From IMG/VR virus record IMGVR_UViG_3300037420_000585, positions 1 through 30,732 of that record: DNA of 30,732 bases, one strand, 5' to 3'. The translations under genes and the position numbers were made by a program. This document shows positions 18,831 through 27,657 of the stretch, piece by piece. The DNA comes from a virus. Its lineage: Duplodnaviria > Caudoviricetes. Each line of letters begins with the position of its first letter. Positions within the stretch are counted from its first letter, which is position 1. The notes under the pieces were generated by a model. The model had not been told where the DNA came from and searched no databases. It worked only from the letters and a program-made list of their open reading frames with translations.

Positions 18831-19532
18831 ATGGCTGATGTCAATTGGGCTCTTGGCCTTCCCCAGCAAAACGCCGGCAACGCCTTTCTCGACGCCTTCA
18901 AGCAGGGCCAGCAGCAGCGGCGACAGGATCAGGCGCGGCAGGCTTTGGGGACGCTTGTTCAGAACCCCAATGACCCGAAAGCCCTGGCCGCATTGGCTCA
19001 GGTCGATCCGCAGAGCGCGATGGAGTTCCGTAAGCAGCAGATCGAATATTCCAAGGCCCAGTTGGCCCAGCATCAAGACTCTATTCTCAAAGGTGCAGAG
19101 ATCATTCGCCAGATCAACCCCAAGGACCAGAGGGGATGGGATCAGGCGCGGGCTCTAGCCGCTCAAGCCGGTATCGATATTTCGCAAGTGCCGCCGACCT
19201 TCAATCCTGAATACGCACAGGGGCTGATGTCGCTCGCGGATGCGTTCAAGCCGCAGACGTCCGACAACATGCACTTCATCACCCCGCAGCCCGGAGGGGG
19301 TGCTTATGGCTATGATCCGCGAACCGGCGGCGTCACGACCATTATCGCACCCAATCCCGGCGATCAGGCTCCGGGTGCTCCCGTACAGGCTGGGGGCATC
19401 CCACAAGCGGCGGTCAATTATCTAAAATCAAATCCAGCCTTGAAGGGCGAGTTTGACGCAAAGTACGGGCAGGGCGCGGCAGATAGGGTTTTAGGAGGTC
19501 AGTCGGTCGCCCCGACTGGCGGGTTTCCCTGA
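18831..19532 (+). CDS. DNA ejection protein (P22 gp20 position)
   Basis: Gln/Ala-rich helical protein; C-terminal [23 protein letters not shown] module; synteny. Confidence 0.75.
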   Translation: MADVNWALGLPQQNAGNAFLDAFKQGQQQRRQDQARQALGTLVQNPNDPKALAALAQVDPQSAMEFRKQQIEYSKAQLAQHQDSILKGAEIIRQINPKDQRGWDQARALAAQAGIDISQVPPTFNPEYAQGLMSLADAFKPQTSDNMHFITPQPGGGAYGYDPRTGGVTTIIAPNPGDQAPGAPVQAGGIPQAAVNYLKSNPALKGEFDAKYGQGAADRVLGGQSVAPTGGFP

Positions 19533-19536
19533 TCCG

Positions 19537-19788
19537 ATGATGGCTCCTGGCCATATGACATCGGGACGCCGGACGGTCGAAGGAAACCGCTTGGTCGGCG
19601 GCGTTCCCAGTTCACATCATCTTTCCGGAGATGCGGCCGATTATGTCGGCACTTCGGTCAATGCCTTGAGTAGTTACTTCGGGCCGCAGGCACGTATCCT
19701 CGATGAGGGCAACCACATTCACGTTACGCTTCCTGGGTATGGGCGTGTCCCCTACTTCGGCCAGCGCGGCACCATCGGGAGACCCTGA
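19537..19788 (+). CDS. Peptidase M15-like zinc peptidoglycan hydrolase domain (possibly a frameshift extension of the upstream gene)
   Basis: TSGRRT.E.N..VGG...[10 protein letters not shown]...HIHV (H-x6-D...H zinc ligands). Confidence 0.8.
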   Translation: MMAPGHMTSGRRTVEGNRLVGGVPSSHHLSGDAADYVGTSVNALSSYFGPQARILDEGNHIHVTLPGYGRVPYFGQRGTIGRP

Positions 19789-22673
19789 TGCCTAATCCGT
19801 TCGACCAGTTCGATAATCACGCTGGTCCAGTCTATGGCTTGCCGCGCCAAGCGCCAATGCAGACGTCCGAGCAGGCCACTGGGCAGACGCTACAGAACAC
19901 CAAGAATCAGCTCGACATCGCAAATAACCCCCTGACGGTCGCGAACACCAAGACGAACATCGAGCAGGGACAGGCGAGCATCCAGAACCAGAAATTCAAC
20001 CAGAATCAGGGTCTGCGACAGGAATATAACGCTCTCCCGTTGACCAAGAATTACCAGACGGTGGTTCAGAAAATGGGCAGCGCTCTAAATGCTCCTCCGG
20101 GACCACAAGGTGACCTTGACGTTCTCTATGCTTTCGCGACTGTCATGGACCCTAACTCAGTTGTCCGTGAGAGCGAGCAGGACATGGCGAAGCAGACCGC
20201 TTCGCTCTACCAGCAGCTGCAACAGAAATACCGCTCGTATCTTGAGGGTAATGGCCTTCCGCCTGAAGTGCGCCAAGGTCTCATCGAGACAATGCGCCAC
20301 AATACCGCTGTCATCAACAACTCCTATAATCAACAGCGGGCGCAGTACGAGGATTTGGCCAAGCGCAACGGCTTTGATCCGGTTGAAATCGTTGGTCCCC
20401 ACCTTGGGTCAACGATGCAGCCTCTGGAAAAGCAGTATATTGAGGCCCACGGCGGCACACCGCGCATCAATGGCGTACCTGTTGACCAGCCAGCCCCAGA
20501 AGGGCCGCAAACGAACGCTCCGACGCAGACGGTCGGTCAGTTCGGCGATGCTCGGGGAGAAGCCCCACTTCCGCCCCACGCCGAGGATTTCCGCAACGGC
20601 CTTTATTCCGCCATGCGCAACCGGCAGATCAATTCCCCGGCCGACATGAAGGCATGGGTCCAGCAGTTCAACCAGCAGAACGGGACACAATATCAGCCCC
20701 AGCTCACCGCGAAGGATACGCTGCGGGCCATTAACGCGGCGCGGAAGGGTCAGGCGTTCAACGTCGAACTGCCTAAATATATGCCGAACATCTCGGACGT
20801 TCGTGGCGGAGAGAACACGTCAAACCAGGATGCCTACAATGCCGGAGTTCGTGGGATCATCGACACCCCGACGCTTGGCACGATAGATAAAATCGTTGCC
20901 GCCTCAGATACCTTGTTCAAGGGCGGCACGATGGACGAAAATCTCGCCCGTCAATATGCTATCAGTGATTACGACCAACAAAAGCATCCCTACGCTCGCT
21001 TGGCCGGTCAAGCTGTGGGCGGCGCACTCGTTCCGATGGGCGAGATGGCGTCAATTCCTCAAGCCGTGGGCAAGAGCGCTGCTTTGGGGGCCGCTTATGG
21101 GGCAGGTTCGTCGCGGTCTCTTGCCGATGTACCGCAGAATGCCTTTCTGGGAGGCGTTGCCGGTGGCGCGATCGGTGGAGTAGTTGGAGGCATCCCGCGC
21201 GCCCTTGGGGCCTTGCGCCGCGCTCCCGGCGAAGTTCCGCCGCTGGTCGATCCACAGACGGGCCAGCTCAACCAGCCTCTGGAAGCGATGACTCCCGGAC
21301 AGAGGGTGGTCAAAGCCGAGGAATATGGCGTCAACCTCCCCGCCGACGCAGCGGGAGGCCGTACCGCCGCTGTAATCGGCAAGGGGTTGGACATCATGCC
21401 CGGCTCTGCCGGCGTGATGGAGGATGCTCGCAGGGCCACGGAAAGCCAGATTGCCGCCGCTTCCGATGTGGTTGCCTCCCGCTTCGGCAATGCGCGCACC
21501 ATGAATGAGGCGGGCTCAGAGCTTCAGCAGGCGGCGAACGCTCGGATTGAGCGCGGCAAGACCGTTATCGGCAAAGCCTATGATGCAATTCCGATTGCCG
21601 ATCAGGCTCCAGCTTCGACGAGCAATAGCGTCGCCGCACTTCAAACCCTCACAGGACGATTTCAGTCAAATCCCGATCTCGCCGCCACACTGAAAGACCC
21701 AAAACTTGCCGGCTACCTCGATGCTCTGCAAAAAGGGGGCCTCAGTTGGCAGGACCTGAAGGATTTCCGGTCGATCATCGGCGAGAAGATCGGCGAGATG
21801 CGCTTCGGCGAAAGCTCCAGCACATCCGATCTCCGTGCTCTTTACGCCGGGCTCTCCGAGGACATGCAGACGACCGCTGCTCAGATGGGGCCGCGCGCGA
21901 CAGCAGCATTCAATCGTGCCAACAACCTCAACCGCGAAAATGAGCAGCTGATCCAGGGAGCCTTGACCCGCATCCTCGGCAAAGACGGCCAGCTAAGCCC
22001 GGAAAAAGCAGCCGCAGCTGTCCAAGCGATGACCAAGGGCGGCAAATCGACCGGAGATCTCAAAACGCTGGCCCAAATCCGCTCGGCAACGATGAAAAGT
22101 GGGGCATGGAACGATATCGCTGCAACCATGATCCGGCTCGGGGGGCAGCCAGTCAATTCTGCCGGCAGAGACTTCAACCCGCAGACGTTCGTCAACTGGT
22201 ATGCCGATATGTCCGAGCCTGCCAGGAAGATGCTGTTTGGCAAGTCCGAGCTTAGGGACGCGCTGGACGGCTTTGTTGCGGTCAACCAGCGGCTTCAGAA
22301 GGTCAATGCGCTCCGCAACACCTCGCAGACCGCTGGAAATCTCACTGCGGCAGGAACCGTGGGTACGATGGCCGCATCCATCGGTAGTCCACTACTCGGG
22401 GCCAAGCTGCTCGGCGTCATGGCCGGAAACTACGGCATGGCGAAGTTGTGGACCAACCCCGCCTTCGTCCGGTTGATTACTGGTTATTCAAAGGCTGTGG
22501 CCTCAGGAAACGATAACGCGGTTCGCTCGCAGATTGGGCGCATCGGGAAGCTCGCGACCACCAACCCTGACCTGAGAGAGCCGCTGATCGCGCTTCAAAG
22601 GCGCCTTGCTAACGACAATTACACGCCCTCGGTGGCGGCCTCAAGTTCCAACCAAGCTGACCAGAACCAGTAA
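19788..22673 (+). CDS. Large DNA ejection/internal virion protein (P22 gp16 position)
   Basis: 961 aa; MPNPFDQFD start, DPNSVVRESE motif, Gly/Ala-rich membrane-like segments. Confidence 0.8.
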   Translation: MPNPFDQFDNHAGPVYGLPRQAPMQTSEQATGQTLQNTKNQLDIANNPLTVANTKTNIEQGQASIQNQKFNQNQGLRQEYNALPLTKNYQTVVQKMGSALNAPPGPQGDLDVLYAFATVMDPNSVVRESEQDMAKQTASLYQQLQQKYRSYLEGNGLPPEVRQGLIETMRHNTAVINNSYNQQRAQYEDLAKRNGFDPVEIVGPHLGSTMQPLEKQYIEAHGGTPRINGVPVDQPAPEGPQTNAPTQTVGQFGDARGEAPLPPHAEDFRNGLYSAMRNRQINSPADMKAWVQQFNQQNGTQYQPQLTAKDTLRAINAARKGQAFNVELPKYMPNISDVRGGENTSNQDAYNAGVRGIIDTPTLGTIDKIVAASDTLFKGGTMDENLARQYAISDYDQQKHPYARLAGQAVGGALVPMGEMASIPQAVGKSAALGAAYGAGSSRSLADVPQNAFLGGVAGGAIGGVVGGIPRALGALRRAPGEVPPLVDPQTGQLNQPLEAMTPGQRVVKAEEYGVNLPADAAGGRTAAVIGKGLDIMPGSAGVMEDARRATESQIAAASDVVASRFGNARTMNEAGSELQQAANARIERGKTVIGKAYDAIPIADQAPASTSNSVAALQTLTGRFQSNPDLAATLKDPKLAGYLDALQKGGLSWQDLKDFRSIIGEKIGEMRFGESSSTSDLRALYAGLSEDMQTTAAQMGPRATAAFNRANNLNRENEQLIQGALTRILGKDGQLSPEKAAAAVQAMTKGGKSTGDLKTLAQIRSATMKSGAWNDIAATMIRLGGQPVNSAGRDFNPQTFVNWYADMSEPARKMLFGKSELRDALDGFVAVNQRLQKVNALRNTSQTAGNLTAAGTVGTMAASIGSPLLGAKLLGVMAGNYGMAKLWTNPAFVRLITGYSKAVASGNDNAVRSQIGRIGKLATTNPDLREPLIALQRRLANDNYTPSVAASSSNQADQNQ

Positions 22674-22757
22674 GGCAGACACCGAGTAAACCCGCCATTT
22701 TCGCGGGGCGAACCAACCCACAATCACGAGCAGGAACATGACCTGCCAAGCCTTCAT
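22641..22757 (-). CDS. Small two-helix membrane protein (38 aa, MKAWQVMFLLVIVGWFAPRKWRVYSVSALLVLVSLVGT; not in ORF track)
   Basis: ATG overlaps the lipoprotein stop (ATGA); two hydrophobic stretches around a basic loop. Confidence 0.5.
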   Translation of the reverse strand: MKAWQVMFLLVIVGWFAPRKWRVYSVSALLVLVSLVGT

Positions 22758-22972
22758 ACGCACTCAAACGCCATGTGATCCTGAAGGTCATTTTCGGAGC
22801 TGACGCGGGCCGACTTTCCGAGTTTCGCGCAATAGTTCTGAGCGATCTGAAGCGCCTTGTTCGGCTGCCAGCCATAGCTTGAGACGATCCCGCCCGCCGG
22901 AGTGGCGGAGGTCAAATGCGGTCCAGAGCAACCGCCAACTAACAGAACCGCCGCCCAAAATCCCGTTCGCAT
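22754..22972 (-). CDS. Small lipoprotein (moron, possible superinfection exclusion)
   Basis: Lipobox LVGGC; A..YCAKLGKSA...FEC pattern; antisense to the structural operon. Confidence 0.7.
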   Translation of the reverse strand: MRTGFWAAVLLVGGCSGPHLTSATPAGGIVSSYGWQPNKALQIAQNYCAKLGKSARVSSENDLQDHMAFECV

Positions 22973-23008
22973 GAGCGGGAAATAACAGCTTTTGCCCCGG
23001 AGTAACAG

Positions 23009-24805
23009 ATGGCCCTATTTGTCCCGCCGGTCGTTCGCGCGACCGACGCCAATAATCTCGCGCTCTCGGGTGCCCAGTGGTTCTTTTACACCGCTGGAAC
23101 GACCACGCCCGCTGCGGTCTATACTACCTCATCCCTTTCGGTTGCGCACGCCAACCCGGTCGTGGCGGATTCCGGTGGCCTGTTCGCGCCCATCTATCTC
23201 GATCCAGAAGTCGTCTACCGCGCTATTCTGAAAACATCCTCTGGGGCCACCATCCAGGATGTGGACCCGTACAACCCGCTAGAGACTGCCGTTGCGACCA
23301 GAGCCGCAATGGCGGCGTTTACCGGAGCCTCCACCAAAGTCGCACATCTGACGGAAGCCGGTCGGGAGGGCTTGTTCTTCTGGTCGAGCTCAAACCTGTC
23401 CGCTTATGTGACGCTCGACACGCAACAGGGAATCTATGTTGCGCCCGCATCCGATACCACTGGGGCGTCTGGGGCATGGGTGCGCAAGTTCGATGGTCCG
23501 CTCAATGTCAGGTGGTTCGGGGCCAAGGGCGATCTCTCTCAGGACGATCAGCCCGCAATCCAATGTGCTGTCAACGTCGCGGCGGGGCGGACGGTTTACG
23601 CTCCAGTCGGTCGATACAAGCTCGCCAGCGGCATCGTCGCCACGGACCCGATGCATATTGTCGGAGACGGTAATGGTGCTGGACCGGGGACGGCTTCACA
23701 GTCGAACAACAACGTAACGCAGTTCCACTATTTCGCATCAACCGGATATGTGATTCAAGTCACTTCGGTTTATCCCAGTATCTTTGAGAACTTCCAGATC
23801 AACGTAGCCGTAGCCAACCGCCCCATGACTTCAGGCGGCGGGATTTACTTGATTGGCACAGGGACCGGCACCGTCGCGAACTACAAAATCCGCAACGTGG
23901 CATTCAACTATGTCTACACCTCGATCCTCATCACTCGCCCGGCGTGGGGTGAGATTTCCGGCTGCTATTTTGGCGACTGGGTTCAGGACGCGATCAAGCT
24001 CTGGACCGACCAAAACATTGAGGGAAGCGGCGGTCACGTCTTCGCGAATTACTTCTTCGGACAGACGTCCTCCGCAACCCAGCGGTCATGCATTTATCTC
24101 GGCAGCGGCTATGTCAACATCTATGACAATGAAATGCTTGGGGCTCTCACTGGTATTTATATAGCTGCGCAAAATTCTCCTGTGGGCTTCATCCGTATTT
24201 GGCAAAACACAATCGAGGAACAGCACGACAACGGAATCTATATTTCCTCCGTCTCGAATACCGCCGTCTCTATGGTGGAGATTTGCAACAATGAGTTCTC
24301 GTGTGTCCCTAACGGGTCCACCTATGTGTCCTCTGTCAACATCGACCAGAACGGCAATCCGGCGGTTAATTTCATTACGGACTTGCACGTTTGTCAGAAC
24401 ATCACGCGACACACTTTTCTAGCTGCTGGCGGGAAGCATTATTACATCAGCAACTGCAAAAACGCGCTGATCTCAGGCAACATTCTTGAGGAACTCGGAG
24501 CGAACAGCCCGACAGGCATTCAGCTCACTGGCGCGTCCAGCACGGTAGGTCTGATCGCTCCGATCGTTGTCAGGGACAATCTGTTCGTCGGCACCTTTAC
24601 GGCGAAATACGCACTGCCAACCAATAATGTCGTGACCGTTCACGACAGCACCGGTTCTACTGTCGCCACTCTTCCCACAAATGCTGCGAATGGCTCAAGC
24701 TTTTGGGCCACAGACGGCACGCCGGGAACCTATGGCAACGCCATAGCCGGGGCTGGCACTGGAGCCAGCGTCAAGCGCGTCGGCGGTGCTTGGGTGAACG
24801 GGTGA
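23009..24805 (+). CDS. Tailspike / polysaccharide depolymerase (beta-helix)
   Basis: N-terminal virion-binding domain (FFYTAGTTTP...ANPVVADSGG), GASGAWVR, NVRWFGAKGD...DDQPAIQ pectate-lyase-3-type start, Asn-rich beta-helix repeats. Confidence 0.9.
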   Translation: MALFVPPVVRATDANNLALSGAQWFFYTAGTTTPAAVYTTSSLSVAHANPVVADSGGLFAPIYLDPEVVYRAILKTSSGATIQDVDPYNPLETAVATRAAMAAFTGASTKVAHLTEAGREGLFFWSSSNLSAYVTLDTQQGIYVAPASDTTGASGAWVRKFDGPLNVRWFGAKGDLSQDDQPAIQCAVNVAAGRTVYAPVGRYKLASGIVATDPMHIVGDGNGAGPGTASQSNNNVTQFHYFASTGYVIQVTSVYPSIFENFQINVAVANRPMTSGGGIYLIGTGTGTVANYKIRNVAFNYVYTSILITRPAWGEISGCYFGDWVQDAIKLWTDQNIEGSGGHVFANYFFGQTSSATQRSCIYLGSGYVNIYDNEMLGALTGIYIAAQNSPVGFIRIWQNTIEEQHDNGIYISSVSNTAVSMVEICNNEFSCVPNGSTYVSSVNIDQNGNPAVNFITDLHVCQNITRHTFLAAGGKHYYISNCKNALISGNILEELGANSPTGIQLTGASSTVGLIAPIVVRDNLFVGTFTAKYALPTNNVVTVHDSTGSTVATLPTNAANGSSFWATDGTPGTYGNAIAGAGTGASVKRVGGAWVNG

Positions 24806-24841
24806 TGCGCGCCAATTCCTCCCGCTCGGTGGAGGCTCCCT

Positions 24842-25195
24842 GTGGTTAATCGGAGATCCCCGCCAATGTCGGATACGCTTGGGCAAATCAGAGAGGACTT
24901 GGGCGAGTTGCGCGGGTCGGTGAAGGCCATCGAGCAATATGTCCACGAAGGGAGGCACGGCACCAACAACCTTAGCCAGAAGATCGACGCGCTGGCGGTG
25001 AAAATTACGTCCGACATGGCCTCCGTCGAGGCTAGGTTGGATGGAAGGTTGCGGAGATTGGAAACCAATGCGGCCGGTGACGAGCGATCGCGCAGCATCC
25101 TCGTCACCTTCCTGCAAAGCCCGCTGCTGGCGTGGATTTTTGCCGCTGCTGTCGTGTTCTGGTCGTGGGTTACGACTGGCGGGCACAAGCCATGA
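24842..25195 (+). CDS. Coiled-coil protein with C-terminal TM helix (holin/lysis-associated)
   Basis: GGAGG before GTG 24842 (alternative ATG 24866); directly upstream of the endolysin. Confidence 0.6.
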   Translation: MVNRRSPPMSDTLGQIREDLGELRGSVKAIEQYVHEGRHGTNNLSQKIDALAVKITSDMASVEARLDGRLRRLETNAAGDERSRSILVTFLQSPLLAWIFAAAVVFWSWVTTGGHKP

Positions 25196-25740
25196 GCATC
25201 GATAGCCTCATCGAAGGCGTGCTCGGCCGCGAAGGAGGCTACACGAATAACCCTGCCGATCCAGGCGGCGCAACGATGTGGGGCATCACTGAGCGGGTAG
25301 CTCGCGCCAATGGATATGCGGGGCCGATGAATGCCCTTCCCAGAGAGACGGCGAAGGACATCTACTTTTCACAATATGTCCGCAAGCCAGGATTCGCCGC
25401 CGTCATGGCGGTGAACGAGAATATCGCTGAAGAGCTGGTTGATACCGGCGTCAACATGGGGCCAGCCATAGCCTCGATCTTTCTTCAGAAAGCACTCAAC
25501 ACCTTCAACAACCAGGGGCACGACTATCCAGACGTGAAGGTGGACGGCGACGTTGGGCCGGCCACCATAAGCGCCCTGAAAGCGCTTCTCGCCAAGCGCG
25601 GACACGACGGCGAAACCGTAATGCTCAGAGCTCTCAATGCCCTTCAGGGTGAGCATTACATTTCGATCGGCGCCAATCGACCGGCGAGCGAACTTTTTGA
25701 ATACGGTTGGTTTCTCAATCGCATTGGGAATTTGGCGTGA
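25192..25740 (+). CDS. Endolysin, glycoside hydrolase family 108 with peptidoglycan-binding domain
   Basis: EGGYTNNPADPGGATMWGIT, DTGVNMG, VDGDVGPAT, F.YGWFLNRI; ATG 25192 overlaps the upstream stop. Confidence 0.93.
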   Translation: MSIDSLIEGVLGREGGYTNNPADPGGATMWGITERVARANGYAGPMNALPRETAKDIYFSQYVRKPGFAAVMAVNENIAEELVDTGVNMGPAIASIFLQKALNTFNNQGHDYPDVKVDGDVGPATISALKALLAKRGHDGETVMLRALNALQGEHYISIGANRPASELFEYGWFLNRIGNLA

Positions 25741-26156
25741 ACCTCCCCATCGTCCGCAATCCCATACGAGCCTTCGCGGTCGTCTGTGTTGCCGTGACCA
25801 GCGTCTTCGTCATGGTCATGTCGTTTCGGCTGCTGAACACGCTTTCCGGGCCGGATTGGTGCCGAACCGCCATCGGAGCCGACAAGGCGGACGCGAACAG
25901 CAAAATCGATGCGGCTCAATCGTGCATCGCCCTCCTCACGATCCAGCTCAAGAGCCTCGCCAACAATAGCTACATCTTCGGTGGAGTAACGGCGCTCTGC
26001 CTGCTCACCCTCATTGTGATCGTCATTGCTGGCGGCAAGCTCGACCTCAAGGTCAAGGATATCGTGGAAGCGAACATGAGCCGCGACGGCGCCGCGCAGA
26101 CCGTCGCCGATGCAGCCCAAACCACAGCCGATCAAATCAAGGAGACTACGCCATGA
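25737..26156 (+). CDS. Two-TM membrane protein (holin candidate)
   Basis: GTGA overlap; two hydrophobic helices flanking a loop with two Cys. Confidence 0.6.
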   Translation: MNLPIVRNPIRAFAVVCVAVTSVFVMVMSFRLLNTLSGPDWCRTAIGADKADANSKIDAAQSCIALLTIQLKSLANNSYIFGGVTALCLLTLIVIVIAGGKLDLKVKDIVEANMSRDGAAQTVADAAQTTADQIKETTP

Positions 26157-26314
26157 GCATCCTAATCTTTGTCATTCTCGTCATCATCATTCTCGCGCTG
26201 CTCGTCTGGGCGGTGGACATGCTGCCCCTTGGGCCGCCGTTCAACAACATCCTGAAAGTGTTGGTCATCCTGATCGGCGTGCTTCTGATCGCTCAGAAAG
26301 CAGGGTTGTTATGA
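26153..26314 (+). CDS. Small two-TM membrane protein (53 aa, Thivi_2564-like; not in ORF track)
   Basis: AAGGAG RBS; MSILIFVILVIIILALLVWAVDMLPLGPPFNNILKVLVILIGVLLIAQKAGLL. Confidence 0.75.
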   Translation: MSILIFVILVIIILALLVWAVDMLPLGPPFNNILKVLVILIGVLLIAQKAGLL

Positions 26315-26706
26315 TCTCTCTCCTCTTCCTCGCGCCGGTCCTCGTTCACATTGAGGGCCATGCCTATGACTGCGGCTCTCCGAAGAGCGATGCTCACGGC
26401 AATGTGTCGATGGCGGGCGATTGTTATCAAAGGGCCGCTGCGCTTTTCGTCCATGCGCCCGGTCATCAATGCCGAGTGCCAAGCGCGGCATATGACTATG
26501 CCGATGCCATCGATGAGCATGTCGTGAGCAGTGAGATGTCCAGAGCGGACGCAAAAGCGATGGAGAGGTTCGGCTATTGCCTATGTGGGCCTGAGGGCAC
26601 GGTAGATTGGGACCCACGGCCGCATAATCCCGGAGGATATTTCGCTCACCCGAGCTGTAACCGCAACGGCTGGAACGGCCATCGCTACGTGGGAGAGCGC
26701 AGATGA
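26311..26706 (+). CDS. Cys/His-rich hypothetical protein, possibly exported (131 aa)
   Basis: ATGA coupling at both ends; hydrophobic N-terminus MISLLFLAPVLV; track start 26110 over-extended. Confidence 0.6.
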   Translation: MISLLFLAPVLVHIEGHAYDCGSPKSDAHGNVSMAGDCYQRAAALFVHAPGHQCRVPSAAYDYADAIDEHVVSSEMSRADAKAMERFGYCLCGPEGTVDWDPRPHNPGGYFAHPSCNRNGWNGHRYVGERR

Positions 26707-26831
26707 TCCGCCGCTTCATCCATTGGTGGCGATCCTCGGTGACAGGGCGCTTTGTCAGCCGCGCCTACGCCAAGGAGCATCCCGACACCACCGAAGAGCA
26801 AAAACGTCCCGTGCGTGACGATTCACTCTGA
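26703..26831 (+). CDS. Small protein with RSSVTGRFV..YAK.HP.TT motif (42 aa; not in ORF track)
   Basis: GGGAGAG RBS; ATGA coupling; motif resembles a small-protein family I recall. Confidence 0.65.
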   Translation: MIRRFIHWWRSSVTGRFVSRAYAKEHPDTTEEQKRPVRDDSL

Positions 26832-26843
26832 AGGAGAACGACC

Positions 26844-26966
26844 ATGCCTAAGATCGATCCTAAAGCCGAATACCGTGTCGCCAAGTCATGGGCAAACGGC
26901 CATGTGCTCATTGCGGTGATCGCCGCCGCTGTCGCCGGGTTCATTCTCGGCGCGCTGTTGCTCTGA
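26844..26966 (+). CDS. Small tail-anchored membrane protein (40 aa; not in ORF track)
   Basis: AAGGAG RBS; C-terminal LIAVIAAAVAGFILGALLL. Confidence 0.7.
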   Translation: MPKIDPKAEYRVAKSWANGHVLIAVIAAAVAGFILGALLL

Positions 26967-27310
26967 TGTTCGGCTTCTCCACCCGCATCATTGCCATGAT
27001 CGTCGGCGGAATCATCCTCATCGGCATCATCCTTTTCGGTCTCAACGAGTGCCGCGCACGCCAGTCAGCCGACAAGCAAGCGGAAGTCAGCAGCGAGCAA
27101 GGCCAAGCGTCCATCAATGCCGGCGCAACAGCGATCAATACCGTGTCCAATGTCGCCAGCAACGACGCCGCCACAGATGCCAGCGTTGCGCAGGGCCAGA
27201 GCGAGATCAGGAGCGCACCCGAGGGACAGAAGGGTAAGGCCACGCGCAATGCCGCTTGCCGCCTGAAGGCATACCGCGACACGCCCGAGTGCAAGGAGCC
27301 GCCGAAATGA
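26966..27310 (+). CDS. Inner-membrane spanin (Rz-like)
   Basis: TGATG coupling; N-terminal TM, helical periplasmic region, C-terminal Cys pair; followed by a lipoprotein. Confidence 0.7.
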   Translation: MFGFSTRIIAMIVGGIILIGIILFGLNECRARQSADKQAEVSSEQGQASINAGATAINTVSNVASNDAATDASVAQGQSEIRSAPEGQKGKATRNAACRLKAYRDTPECKEPPK

Positions 27311-27657
27311 GGAAGTTGACTTATATGTCAATCGCCGCGGCAGCCTTCGCGCTGTCCGGCTGCGCGCTGTCCGGCAAGACGCCGGTCTATGGCGAGATTC
27401 CGGAGTGTGAGCGGTTGATTCCGCCATCGCTGAAGGCGCCCGTGCCAGGCGTGCCGCTTCCAGAGGCTCAGAATTGGCCAGACGGGCACGAGAAGGCTGA
27501 GCCGTGGATGCAAGGCTTCCTCGGACAAACAGGACAGCTCGACAAAGCCAACGAACGCGCTCCCGCAGTCGATTACATCTATTCACAATGCCTGGAGATG
27601 CATCGCCGCGCCCTCCAGCGGGCAAAGCGCGGCGTCCTCGGAAGGATATTCGGATGA
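27307..27657 (+). CDS. Outer-membrane lipoprotein spanin (Rz1-like)
   Basis: MRKLTYMSIAAAAFALSGC lipobox; Pro-rich; QTGQLDKAN.R motif. Confidence 0.75.
   Translation: MRKLTYMSIAAAAFALSGCALSGKTPVYGEIPECERLIPPSLKAPVPGVPLPEAQNWPDGHEKAEPWMQGFLGQTGQLDKANERAPAVDYIYSQCLEMHRRALQRAKRGVLGRIFG

Noticed and set aside
19521-19527. GGGTTTC as a -1 slippery heptamer
   Set aside because: Phasing is XXX YYY Z rather than X XXY YYZ, and the downstream ORF is in the +1 frame
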